Shown: positions 37,605 to 49,462 of the stretch, piece by piece
Layout of the letters: each line of letters opens with the position of its first letter
Position numbering within the stretch: position 1 is the stretch's first letter
Source: Squalus acanthias
Taxonomy: Eukaryota
Length of the DNA stretch: 64,000 bases
NCBI GenBank assembly: GCA_030390025.1
Contig: CM059432.1
Location: 36,830,001 to 36,894,000 of the forward strand
Direction: 5' to 3'
Made by a program: the position numbers and the translations under genes
Notes under the pieces: model-generated
What the model was told of the DNA's origin: nothing
Database searches by the model: none
Seen by the model: the letters and a program-made list of their open reading frames with translations, nothing else

Positions 37605-39583
37605 GATTGGCCAGAAAAAGCAGTAACCCTGAGGATTGGGAGCAGTTTAAGATTCAACAAAGGAGGTCAAAGGAATTAATTAAGAAGGGGAAAATAGAAT
37701 ACGAGAGTAAGCTTGCAGGGAACATAAAAACTGACTGTAAAAGCTTTTATAGATATGTGGAGAGAAAAAGGTTAGTGAAATCAAACATAGGTCCCTTGCA
37801 GTCAGAATCAGGGGAACTTATAATGGGGAACAAAGAAATGTCAGACCAATTAAATGCATATTTTGGTTCTGTCTTCACAAAGGAGAACACAAATAACCTC
37901 CTAGAGATGTTGGGGAACACAGGGTCTGATGAAAGGGAGGAACTGAACGAAATCAGTATTTGTAGGGAAATGGTGTTAGGGAAATTGACGGGATTGAAGG
38001 CCAATAAATCCCCAGGGCCTGATAATATACATCCTAGGGTACTTAAGGAAGTGGCCCTAGGAATAGTAGATGCATTGCTGGTCATCTTCCAACATTCGAT
38101 GGAATCTAGAACAGTACCCATGGATTGGAGGGTAGCTAATGTTACCCCACTATTCAAAAAGGGTGGTCGAGAGAAAACGGGGAATTACAGACCGGTAAGC
38201 CTGACATCGGTAGTGGGGAAAATGCTAGAGTCCATTATAAAAGATGTAATAGCTGAGCACTTGGAAAACAGTGACAGGATCAGACAAAGTCAACATGGAT
38301 TTACAAAAGGTAAATCATGCTTGACTAATCTCCTGGAATTTTTTGAGGATGTAACTGGTAAAATAGATAAGGGAGAACCAGTGGATGTGGTGTATTTGGA
38401 ATTCCAAAAGGCTTTTGATAAGGTCCCGCATAAGAGATTAGCATGTAAAGTTAAGGCACATGGGATTGGGGGCAAGGTATTGACTTGGATAGAGAACTGG
38501 TTGGCAGACAGAAAGCAAAGAGTTGGAACAAATGGGTCTTTTTCCGAGTGGCAGGCAGTGACTAGTGGGGTACCGCAGGGATCGGTCCTTGGACCCCAGC
38601 TATTCACAATATATATTAATGATCTAGACAAGGGAACTCGATGTAATATCTCCAAGTTTGCAGACGACACAAAACTGGGTGGGCGTGTGCGCTGCGAGGA
38701 GGATGGCGAGAAACTTCAGGATGATTTGGACAGGTTGGGTGATTGGGCAGAAGCGTGGCAGATGCAATATAACGTGGATAAATGCGAGGTTATCCACTTT
38801 GGTGTCAAAAACAGAAAGGCAGATTATCTGAATGGCAATAGATTGGGAGAAGGGGAAGCGTAACAAGACCTGGGTGTCCTTGTGCACCAGTCGCTGAAGG
38901 TAAGCATGCAGGTGCAGCAGGCGGTTAAGAAGGCAAATGGTATGTTGGCCATCATAGCGAGGGTTTGAGTACAGGAACAAGGATGTCTTGCTGCAGTTGT
39001 ACAGGGCCTTGGTGAGACCACACCTTGAGTAGTGTGTGCAGTTTTGGTCGCCTTATCTGAGGAAGGATGTTCTTGCCATGGAAGGAGTTCAGCGAAGATT
39101 CACAAGGCTGATACCTGGGATGGCAGGAATGACATATGGAGAGAGATTGGGTCGATTGGGCTTATACGCGTTGGAGTTTAGAAGAATGAGAGGGGATCTC
39201 ATTGAAACTTATAAAATTCTGACAGGACAGGACAGGACAAACTAGATGCAGGAAGGATGTTCCCGATGGTCGGGGAGTTCAGAACCAGGGGTCACAGTCT
39301 AAGGATAAGGGGTAAGCCATTTAGGACAGAAATTAGGAGGAATTTCTTCACCCAGAGAGTGGTGAACCTGTGGAATTCTCTGCCACAGAAGGCAGTAGAG
39401 GCCAATTCATTAAATAGATTCAAGAAGGAGTTGGATATATTTCTTAAGGCTAAAGGGATATGGGGAGACAGCAGGGACAGGGTACTGAATTTGGATGATC
39501 AGCCATGATCGCATTGAATGGCGGAGCAGGCTAGAGGGGCCGAATGGCCTACTCCTGCTCCTATCTTCTATGATTCTATGATT
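37605..39583 (+). mobile_element. CR1 LINE, 5'-truncated (RT + 3'UTR)
   Basis: RT motifs and 3' tail (attctatg)n. Confidence 0.93.
37607..38863 (+). pseudogene. 418-codon uninterrupted CR1 ORF2 segment containing the RT domain (no endonuclease, premature stop)
   Basis: KSPGPD, NYRPVSLTS, QHGF, YLEFQKAFDKVPH, GVPQGSVLGP, KFADDTKLGG; further lesions downstream. Confidence 0.9.
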
Positions 39584-40109
39584 GAGTTTGCTCCACAGTT
39601 CTAATTAATGTATGGGAACATACCCTGGAGCACTAAACAATTCCTGGCTCATTTTTCTAGAGTCTGGTCATGGAAAGTCATCTTTAAAATACGAACTCTT
39701 GGAGGGAAAAGTGGTTATTTTCTCTTAAAATTTCCCATTCCGCAACTTCCGCGGCTGTGACCCTATGTTAAGGGGTTTAAAGAAATATTCTTGGACACTG
39801 CGCCCACAAAATTCCTTCTAATTGGGTATGGGGAGAGGAAGGAAAGTCTACCTGATAAATGGACTTAAATTTAGTAACCTCTGCTGGAAGTGAACATGCG
39901 CACATCAGAGAAGGATAGGATGGACTCAACTCATTCAGATATCGCACTAGCACTCAATGTCAAGGATCATAAACCAAATAATGGGCAAGAAACCAGAGGG
40001 CAGCCACTGATTCATACATCAGTAAGGAGACAATTATTTTCGGAGGGGAGGGAAGGGGCGGGGCAAAAAATTGGTACAGGAAAATTTAAGAAGCAATACC
40101 TAATGAATT

Positions 40110-40640
40110 TCCATAACAGCTCTCACTTATATCAGTGCTATTAGCACAAGGAAATAGCCCACGGTGTTTCACAAAGTGGGCATCAGATTTAAGGAGGCGG
40201 GGGGAGAAGAGTTGAGAGGTGACAGAAGGGGTAGTGAAAGTAGGTTTTACAGTTTTTGAAGATGGAGAGTGATGCAACAAGGCAGAGGGGGTTGGCAGGA
40301 GAATTCTGCAATAGTGGGGAAAGATGGTATAAGGGACTGTCACAAGGGTGGGTTGTAGGCAGGGGCAGCATATACAGAAGAACATAGTTGAAAGAAAGGA
40401 GGATGAAAACAGGGATTTAGGGTTGGAAATGGTTAGAATCATAGCTTTTACAGTGCAGAAGGAAGCCATTCAGCCCACCTATCTGAAGGAGCTGTCCCCT
40501 TAATCCCATTCCCCTGCCTTTGCCTCATATCCTTAATTTTTTTTCTTTTTCGAATATTATCCACTTCTCTTTTAAAAGCCTTCATAGATTCTGCTTCCAT
40601 CACTATTTCTGGCCGAGCATTCCACGTCCCAATAACCCTT
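40110..40640 (-). mobile_element. Old L2 3' remnant (40110-40430) and old CR1 tail (40433-40640)
   Basis: Degenerate L2 3' end; tagaatcatag...aggaagccattcagccc CR1 tail. Confidence 0.55.
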
Positions 40641-40671
40641 GGAGTTATAACATTTTTTTTTTGCCTAACGA

Positions 40672-41045
40672 ATAAGGGGCTGCTCTTTCAAAACTGAGAT
40701 GAGAAGGAACTACTTCACTCAGCTACATCATTACATAAATTTAAAACAGAAATAGACAGTTTCCTAGAAGTAAAGGGAATTAAGGGTTACGGTGAGCGGG
40801 CAGGAATTTGGACATGAGTCTCGGTTCGGATCGGTCATGGCCCGGTGGGTAGCGCAGCTGGCCCAGGGGCGCTGTAGCCTGATCCTGCTCCTATTTCGTG
40901 TGTCCAATTCTGTTAGGTTCAGGAGATGGTTCTGTGATCGTAGATTGGTGGTTAGGATCAGATCAGCCATGATCTTATTGAATGGCGGAGCAGGCTCGAG
41001 GGGCCAATTGGCCTGCTCCTGCTCCTATTTCTTATGTTCTTATGT
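40672..41045 (+). mobile_element. CR1 3' fragment with duplicated terminal unit
   Basis: FKTEMRRN, FKTEIDSFLEVKGIKGYGE; same subfamily as 51951-52531. Confidence 0.85.
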
Positions 41046-41129
41046 CTACCTTTGTTCTTTTGGTGATCTTAAATTTATACCCTCGAGGTACAATGGAGCA
41101 AAACAATTAAGGAGCTCGTAATTGAGGAT

Positions 41130-41370
41130 AACATTTTTGAAATTAACACATTGGGTAAGGGAAGCTAACAGACGTGAGCAAGAAGAGTGAAGCAGGAATT
41201 AGTGCAGGATAGGAAGCGGGCATACAAGGTGAGCTTGGCAGACTGGTGAGGAGAGCGGTAGAGAGGTTAAGCCTGGCGGTGGGCAAAGTGCCGATCAGAG
41301 TTTCAGCAACAATAGGGGTGAGGTAGAGACGGGCGATATTTCGCAGGTGGAAGTTAACAGTTTCGATGAG
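41130..41370 (-). mobile_element. Old L2 fragment
   Basis: FHLRNIARL...AETLI. Confidence 0.7.
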
Positions 41371-42041
41371 CAGCACCAGCTAACAACCTCCCACCTATGC
41401 AAAAGGACAGCATGTTTGCACTGTTGTTCTGTGCATTTCTCAGTCTTGTACAGTATACATACCGCACTTAGAGGATCAAAGCCAGAGACATGAAGTGCCA
41501 CAAACCCACCATAAACCGATTCAGAAAAACCAAACACTTCTTGGCAATAATGAAGCAATCCTGACACACTGCCAAAGTCTGCACTCAAACAGGAAAACAA
41601 AAAGCCATTTGCAAATAAGGTTTTGCTTTCAAATTGACTCCATGTGGGATTGAGGGGGTAATCACATTATTTAAATTATAGCCATAAATTTCAACCTCTT
41701 TCAGATCCAAAGTGTAAATTGAATTTAAGATTGATTGTTAATGCGAAAATAATTATTGCTAAGTGCACAAACCTCAATTTTATTTACTCTTGGAGGAGGA
41801 GGAAGGCTAGACTCAACTGGAAAACTCCATGGAAGATTTGTATACTTAAAAAGTACTGATATAGACAAGACACATTGCTGCAACCAACTAGGTTAGCGAC
41901 TGAACCAACTGGTAAAACTGGAGGATGAGTAATCGTTGGCTGCTCTCATGCACGGAGAAGCTGGTGAACGAGCACTGGCAGAGGTTGACTGTTTATCCAG
42001 CTTTGGAATTTCACAGGCAATTAACAAGTGATTTAAAAAGT

Positions 42042-42202
42042 ACAAAAGCAGAATACTGCAAATGCTGGAAAACTGAAATAAAAACAGAAAATGCTGGAAA
42101 TACTCAGCAGGTCAGGCAGCATCTGTGGAAAGAGAAACACAGATCGATCTCTCCACAGATGCTGCCTGACCTGCTGAGTATTTCCAGCATTTTCTGTTTT
42201 TA
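42042..42202. mobile_element. PLE-derived fold-back element with perfect 51-bp arms
   Basis: Arms 42079-42129 and 42152-42202; imperfect flanking duplication atttaaaa(a)gtacaaa(a)gc at 42031-42049 and 42203-42219. Confidence 0.82.
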
Positions 42203-43391
42203 ATTTAAAAGTACAAAGCTTCAAAATCCAATTCCAAAGTGCTGTAACTCCTGGTTTGGGTTTTCTGCCTCGGTGACATCAGGACAAATGAGACCAGCAA
42301 AAGACGTTGGCCTTTTTTTGGGTCTGAATTCTGTCCGCATTTCTTCGGACGGTGGTGGCTCATGCTGGGGTACAGTTCTATAGCCGTCAGTTACTCCTTG
42401 CTGCCAACAGTAAGTGCCCATTCTTCACACGCAACCCTGAACAGCAAGTGTTGGAAGATTATTCAGCTGTAGGATGCATGACATCCAAGCCTATTTGTGG
42501 TCTTATCACACATCTAGCACAAAACAGTATACAGAAGAAATGCGTATCAAAGTAACAGAGTATGTTATAGTACAGTGCATTTCTTCACTGCTGCAGTCAC
42601 TTGATGCCATATCCTTTGGGTACTGGCATCACCACTTCTATTTTCTTTTCAAATCAAGTCAGTGCCAATATCACACAATTATGCAACACAAAAATTATTT
42701 TTAAAAACATCAGTAATCCAGCAACAAGTCCTTTCAGCAGTTTCAGCAGAGAGAGTTGGGAGATGAAACATTTCCCTACAAGGAGTCATTGCAGCAGAAC
42801 CCATTGTGGATAAAAATTTGAAGCAAAGGAACATATTAGACTACAGGGAGATAGCAGAGCAGTGGAATGAGTTTGCAATTGCTCTAGCAGTGGTACAGAT
42901 GTGATGGGCTGAATGGCTTTCTAGTGTGCTGTAAACCTCTCTAGTTCTGTTATTGTCCATGAAAGAATACATCCTGGTTCATCATCAATTCCAACTGCCT
43001 TACTGAATTGGTCAAGGGGGCGTAAGGACAATCCTAGTAACTACAGGCCACCACTACAGTTTATCAGTGGTGGGTAAAGTTTTAGAAACAATAATCAAGA
43101 AAAAAATTAACGGGCACTTGGAGAGGTTTAAGCTAATTAAGGAGAGCCAACACGGATTTGTAAAAAGCAGATCGTGTTTGACTAATCTAACTGAATTTTT
43201 TGATGGAAGTAACAGAGAGGATTGATAAAGGGAATGCAATAGATGTTGTCTACTTGGATTTTAAGAAGGCGTTTGACAAAGTACCACATAGAAGGCTGCT
43301 TAACAAAATTGAGGCTCACTGAATAGGTGGGTCAGTGGCAGCTTCGATAAGGAATTGGCTTAAGGACAGAAAACAGCAAGTTGTGGTAAAT

Positions 43392-43509
43392 AACAGAAAA
43401 CGCTGGAAAAACTCAGCAGGCGAGGCAGCATCCGTGGAGAGAAAACAGAGTTAACGTTTCAGGTCGAGACCTTTCGTCAGAACCCATCTGCAGTATTTTG
43501 CTATCGTCG
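43392..43509 (-). mobile_element. PLE-derived element inserted in CR1 with a perfect 14-bp TSD
   Basis: TSD aagttgtggtaaat at 43378-43391 and 43510-43523. Confidence 0.88.
43448..43485 (-). ncRNA. Minimal type-I hammerhead ribozyme motif
   Basis: Minus strand: gggtt CTGACGA a aggtc-tc-gacct GAAA cGTT aactc. Confidence 0.65.
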
Positions 43510-44497
43510 AAGTTGTGGTAAATGGCTGTTTTTCAGACTGGAGGATGGTAGACAGTGGTGTTCCCCAAGGGTCAGTGCTGGGGCCACTGCTTTTTTTGAT
43601 ATATACAAATGACTTGGATATTGGAATACAGAGTAGAATTTCTAAATTTGCCACTGACACCAAACTTGGGGGTGTGGCAAACAGTGATGATACCAATCGA
43701 CTGCAACAGGACATAGAAAGGCTAGCAGAATGGGCAGACAAGTGGCAGATGGAATTTAATACAGAGAAGTGTAAGGTGATTCATTTTGGCAGAAGGAACA
43801 GGGAGAGGCAATAAACACTTATTGGCACAGTTGTAACGAGTGTGCAGGGACAGAGGGACCTGGGAGTTAATGTGCATAGGTCCCTGAAGGTGGCAGGACA
43901 TATTGAGAGTGGTTAACAAAGCATATAGGATCTTGAGCTTCATAAATAGAGGTATTGCGTACAAAAGTAGAGAAGTTATGGGGAAAGGCTGTTCCCACTA
44001 GTTGATGGTAGAAGGACTAGGGGACACAGATTTAAGGTTTTGGGCAAGAGATATAGGGGGATATGAGGAAAAACTTTTTTACGCAGCGAGTGGAGAGGAC
44101 CTGGAATTCGTTGCCGACAGAAGTGGTGGAAGCGGAGACACTCAATGTTTTCAAGGGGAGACTGGATAGGCACTTGAGGGAAATAAACTTGCAGGGCTAT
44201 GGGAATAGAGCAGGGGGAATGGGACTGACTGGATTGCTCTACAGAGAGCCGGCACGGACTTGATGTGCCGAATGGCCTCCTTCTGTGCCGTTATGACTCT
44301 AGTATATAATTACTTAAGACCTAGCTTGTCACTGGGTTTATTTAGTGCATTCACAGCAATATGCGGGGTGGGGGGGGGAAATTCCACTGAAACCACCAGT
44401 ATTTAATGTTGTGCAGTACAGCTATCCCCTACCCTTGCATTAATACCTCAAATTGTTTATATCACCATAACCAGTAAACACGACAACCACACCCCAG

Positions 44498-44820
44498 TTA
44501 CTCAAGAAGCTCAACATCATCCAGGACAGAGAAGGATCAGTACCCCTGCCACTGGACCCACTATCCACCTACTCTATAGCTGCAGTATGTACGATGTATA
44601 GGATACACTGCAGCAACTCACCAAGGTTACTTTGACAGCACCTCCCTCCTCTGTGATCTCTACCTCCAAGAGACATATCTGGGAACATCACTTGCACATC
44701 ACAAATCATCCTGACCTGGACATATCACCTATCCTTCATCGCCACTGTGTTAATATCCTGGAATTCACAAACGAACACCATTGTGGAAGGACCATCACAA
44801 GGACTGCAGCAGTCAAGGAG
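44498..44820 (+). mobile_element. Old Crack-like LINE 3' fragment
   Basis: ctcaagaagctcaacatcatccaggaca, cactgcagcaactcaccaagg; homologous to 21440-21800. Confidence 0.7.
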
Positions 44821-45775
44821 TTTATTGTTTATCCTCTACACTGCTCATGTGGAGGATAAACACCAACATGTACTGAATGGGCCGAACGTCTTGTTTCCAG
44901 GTTATAATTTCTACGTAATTCTAGAAAGCCCACCCCCTTAGGACAAGTGGAGATGGATAATAAATAGTCAATCCATCGTTGCTCAAAATGCTGAGGGGGG
45001 GGGGGGAAAAAATACCTTGCTCCGGGCACAATCCAAGGAGAACTTAGTATTTTACTGCTGCTTCCAGCACTCAAAAAAGTCCACACTGTTATCACGAGGG
45101 TTTTAGTAAAGCGTAATGGTGGACGTAGAATTTTTTTGCCATGTCCACTTGAACTGAGAGAAAAAACCAGCAGCACAATTGTGAATTTTAGTCACTTTAT
45201 ATTGATGGCACTTTCGTTGGTCAGATTCCAAGGGACCAGGGTTCTCAAACCACCGCAAACTGGTCTAAGGGCAAAAGTGCCAGATTTAGTACTGTAAACG
45301 CCAGGCATCAGCGTACAATGCTGGATTCTTGCAATGAAAACTAGAATGCCACTACATAGCTACTTTTATACTTTCCAGCTCAGTTGTATCTGGAGAGCAT
45401 TTTGAGCTGCAGAACAGTCGGTCCGTCATTGGTGCAAGCAGTTTGAGGTGTTGGATTTAGAGTATCACACAACATTCAAGTTTCCTAGCATTGCTAACAG
45501 TACACTAAATAAACCTGGAGACAACATTACATTAGAAATCTCTGAGTCCAAACAACTGAAGTGGACACGTGAAAAAGAAGAAAAACTCCAAGGGTCTCTT
45601 TTTCCATCTCTCTCTCTCTCCCCCCCAGCATAGCTGGCATTGAAACTTGAACCTCCACACCCTATTTCCTTAAATATCTGTTAAGAATACTGCAAATGGG
45701 ACCACTAAAATTTCGACTGCAGACACAGAAATGGTCCATCCATCTTGCAGTGATAAACACCAGGAAATTACAAAT

Positions 45776-47025
45776 TCACAGCCTCATACATTTTATGTTT
45801 AACGCTTGCTTCCTGCAGCATCACACTTCCTGTAATATTTTCTCCACCACACTTGGTGGATAATATCCGATTTTTATAAGTGTATTTTCCAACTCAATCT
45901 ACAACGCCACAGGACATCTGCCAGTTATTAATGTAAATTACAAGTGTTTTTCAACATCAACGCTGATTTTCCCATCTTTACATCAAATGACTGTACAGCA
46001 GGTCTCTCAGGAATTTTTGTTTGAAATTCAGTCCAAACAGAAGTTGACTCTGGGGGTGGTAATTAATGCAATGTTTCTGTATTGCTCTGGGTGCACAAAC
46101 GTCTGGCTAATACTTTCCATCAATAGCTGTTCTTCAGCTCAGTAAATGTCAAAGTTCTTGACAATCCAAGAAAAACTAACCTTGAAAATTGAAAGTGATT
46201 GTCATTGATTTGACTAGTGAACAACATGCTATTGTGGACATGTTTTTGCAGCTATAATACCTGAATGAGATGCATTTTCACGTCATTCCTCACTGAAACA
46301 TAGAAACATAGAATAGGAGCAGGAGTCGGCCATTCGGCCCTTCGAGCCTGCTCCGCCATTCAATATCACGGCTGATCCTCTATCTCAATACCATATTCCC
46401 GCTCTCTCCCCATACCCCTTGATGCCTTTTGTGTCTAGAAATCTATCTATCTCCTTCTTAAATATATTCAGTGACTCGGCCTCCACAGCCTTCTGTGGGA
46501 GAGAACGCCACAGCTTCACCACCCTCTGAGTGAAGAAATTTCTCCTCATCTCAGTCCTAAATGTCCTACCCCGTATCCTGAGACTGTGACCCCCTCGTTC
46601 TAGACCCCCCAGCCAGGGGAAACATTCTCCCTGCATCCAGTCTGTCTAGCCCTGTCAGAATTTTATACGTTTCAATGAGATCCCCTCTTATTCTTCTAAA
46701 CTCGAGTGAATACAGGCCTAGTCGACTCAATCTCTCCTCATACGACAGTCCTGCCATCCCAGGAATCAGTCTGGTGAACCTTCGCTGCACTCCCTCTATG
46801 GCAAGTATATCCTTTCTTAGGTAAGGAGACCAAAACTGCACACAGTACTCCAAGGTGTGGTCTCACCAAGGCCCTGTATAACTGTCTATATAACAGGCTA
46901 CGGCGAGACTGCATAATACTAATTAATAAAAATATAAGAGCTATATTATGATCACAAAAAAATCTTTCTCACAGCCTCATACATTTTATGTTTAACACTT
47001 GCTTCCTGCAGCATCACACTTCCTG
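45776..47025 (+). repeat. 57-bp dispersed direct repeat (45776-45832 and 46969-47025)
   Basis: tcacagcctcatacattttatgtttaac(g/a)cttgcttcctgcagcatcacacttcctg, one mismatch. Confidence 0.9.
46295..46885 (-). mobile_element. Young CR1 3' fragment
   Basis: EYCVQFWSPYLRKD...FFTQRVVKLW; (tctatgtt)n tail. Confidence 0.9.
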
Positions 47026-47047
47026 ACTGAAGGTTCATTCACCCAAG

Positions 47048-47435
47048 TCTGAGGGGTGACCTGATGGGGGTCTTTAAAATCATAAAGGGATTCGATAGGG
47101 TGGATGTAGAGAAGATGTTGCCACCTGGGGGGGGGCAGTCCAAAATTATGGTTCATAAATGTAAGACAGTCACTAATAAATCCAATAAGGAATTTAGGGT
47201 AAACTTCTTTACTCAGAGTGGCAAAAACGTGAACCTCGCAACCACATGGAGTAGTTGAGATGAATAGCGTGGATGCATTTAAGGGGAAGTTAGATAAGTA
47301 CATGAGTGAGAAAGGAAAAGGATATATTTATAGGGTGAAATGAAGTAAGGGGGGGGAGGCTCGAGTGGAGCATAAACGCTGGTATTGAACTGTTGGGCCG
47401 AATGGCCTGTTTCTGCGCTGTAAATACTTTCTAAT
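47048..47435 (+). mobile_element. Older CR1 3' fragment
   Basis: RGDLMGVFKIIKGFDRVD; gggccgaatggcctg tail. Confidence 0.8.
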
Positions 47436-47445
47436 ACTATGTACA

Positions 47446-47905
47446 GTGTCAGCTGTGGCTCACTGGGTAGCTCACTCGCCTCTGAGTCAGAAGGTTGTGG
47501 GTTCAAGTCCCACTCCAGGGACTTGAGCACATAAAGCTAGGCTGACACTCCAGTGCAGTGGAGGGAGTGCTGCACTGTTGGAGGTGCCGTCTTTCGGATG
47601 AGATGTTAAACCGAGGCCCCGTCTGCTCCCTCAGGTGGATGTAAAAGATCCTATGGCACTATTTTGAAAAGCAGGGGAGTTATCCCCAGTGTCCTGGCCA
47701 ATATTTATCCCTCAATCAACATAACAAAAACAGATTATCTGGTCATTATCACATTGCTGTTTGTGGGAGCTTGCAGTACGCAAATTGGCTGCCGCATTTC
47801 CCACATTACAACAGTGACTACACTCCAAAAGTACTACATTGGCTGTAAAGCGCTTTGAGATGTCCGGTAGTTATGAAAGGCGCTATATAAATGCAAGTCT
47901 TTCTT
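47446..47905 (+). mobile_element. DeuSINE, full-length and young
   Basis: Intact A-box, B-box GGTTCAAGTCC, Deu core and L2-type tail. Confidence 0.9.
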
Positions 47906-48569
47906 TTATATAATTTTCTCTGAAAACCAAGGCTACAGATTACACTCTTAATATCTGTTGCACATCCAAGAGAGCTTTGAAATAAAATAGAATATCTTAA
48001 ACTTATGAATTCCTGTTGTGTCATTTGACTGTGGAGATGTTAGATGTACTGATTTCACTCCAGTACAGGGATTTTGTATGCCAGTTATTCTTTCCTGGAA
48101 ATAGAGATTGCTGTTTTGATTCTGGTTCCATGAGCTTTGGCAGTCCTCCAGCTTCTCACCCAAAAGGCTATTCTCCATGTATAGCCCTAGACAATTCTAC
48201 CTTGTTGGGCATTATATACTCATTCAACATTCACATTTATGCACTTTCCAGCATGAGACACTGGATAGTGATCAGGAACAGGAACAGAAACCTGCACCCC
48301 CACCGCTGCCTCCCCCAGCCCAAGGGCACCAAGATCAAATGCAGTACTCTTTACTGTCCCGACCGAGTTCAACTCAATACAGACTGGGAATTCAACTGGA
48401 AAATTTCTTGTCTGTATGGCTCATACTGATTTTACCAACTCGGGCATCTATAGACAGGTTTTTAGTTTTCTCTGATAAACAATGAATATAAAACAATAGC
48501 AAATAAAAGGTTCCCTTTGTCTAATGTTGCTAATTTGCTTGGTGTCACTGCATCACTACTTCCTGATTT

Positions 48570-49118
48570 CATAGAATTATACATTGCAGGAGGCCGCCAT
48601 TCAGCCCCTCGTGCCTGTGCCAGCTCTTTGGTAGAGCTATCCAATTAATCCCATCTGTCACTGGGAACAGTTTTTCCTTATTTACTCTATCAAAACCATT
48701 CATGATTTGAACACCTCTAACAAATCTCCCCATAACCTTTTCTGCTCTAAGGAGAACAACCCCAGCTTCTCCAGTCTCTCCACATAGCTGAAGTCCCTCA
48801 TCCCTGGTACCATTCATGTAAATATCCTCTTCATCATCTCCTAAAGAACTTGACATCTTTCCTTAAGTGTGGTGCCCAGAATTGGACACATCACAATAGC
48901 TGAGGCCTAACCAGTGTTTTATGAAGGTTTAGCATAACTCCCCTGCTTTTGTACTCTATGCCTCTATTTATAAAGTCAAGGTTCCGGTGTACATTTTTTT
49001 TTTTTATTAACAGCCTCATCAACTTGTCCTGCCACCTACAAAGATGTATGTGAACCCGCAGGTCTGGAGATTGATAGCTTCCAAGTGATATCTCCTGCAC
49101 CACCTTTAAAATTGTACC
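48570..49118 (-). mobile_element. CR1 3' fragment with deletions
   Basis: FINRGIEYKSRGVML..KTLVRPQL. Confidence 0.8.
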
Positions 49119-49257
49119 AAAACTGTACTCAATAAGGATGGGTAATAAATACTACCTTGCCAGTGTCACCCACATCCCAAAAACTAATAAAACAAAATAC
49201 ATGGCAGCACTGCAGCACACAATAAAAATCATGAAACAACCATCTCCATACGCAGAT

Positions 49258-49462
49258 TATTCTCCCGGTGACCTGGTCAACATTTTTCCAACAACCAACA
49301 CCATCAAAACAGAGATTAAATAGACATTCATTGCCATGGGATCTAGCTGTGTGCAAAGTGACTGCCATATTTGCCTACATAACAATAGTAGTCACTGCAT
49401 TTCAATGTAATTCAATGTATGCAAAATGCTTGATGTTTTTGGTAAAGCATATGTGCAAGACT
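49258..49462 (+). mobile_element. Old DeuSINE 3' half (similar remnant at 51360-51575)
   Basis: Diverged Deu core gctgtgtgcaaagtgactgcc. Confidence 0.55.

Larger units (their letters stand above)
43010..44301 (+). mobile_element. CR1 RT/3' fragment, same subfamily as 7260-12681, with a PLE insertion and a ~250-bp internal deletion at 43980
   Basis: Near-identical to 11240-12681. Confidence 0.92.

Noticed and set aside
37607..38863. Functional stand-alone reverse transcriptase gene
   Set aside because: 5'-truncated CR1 with no ATG start or promoter, catalytic-region D>E (YLEFQK) and a premature stop
42221..42421. 66-aa ORF with protein-like composition
   Set aside because: No recognisable family and no flanking splice signals on that strand
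47446..47520. tRNA genes at SINE heads (also 1349 and 24180)
   Set aside because: A/B boxes continue into SINE bodies and no complete cloverleaf is seen
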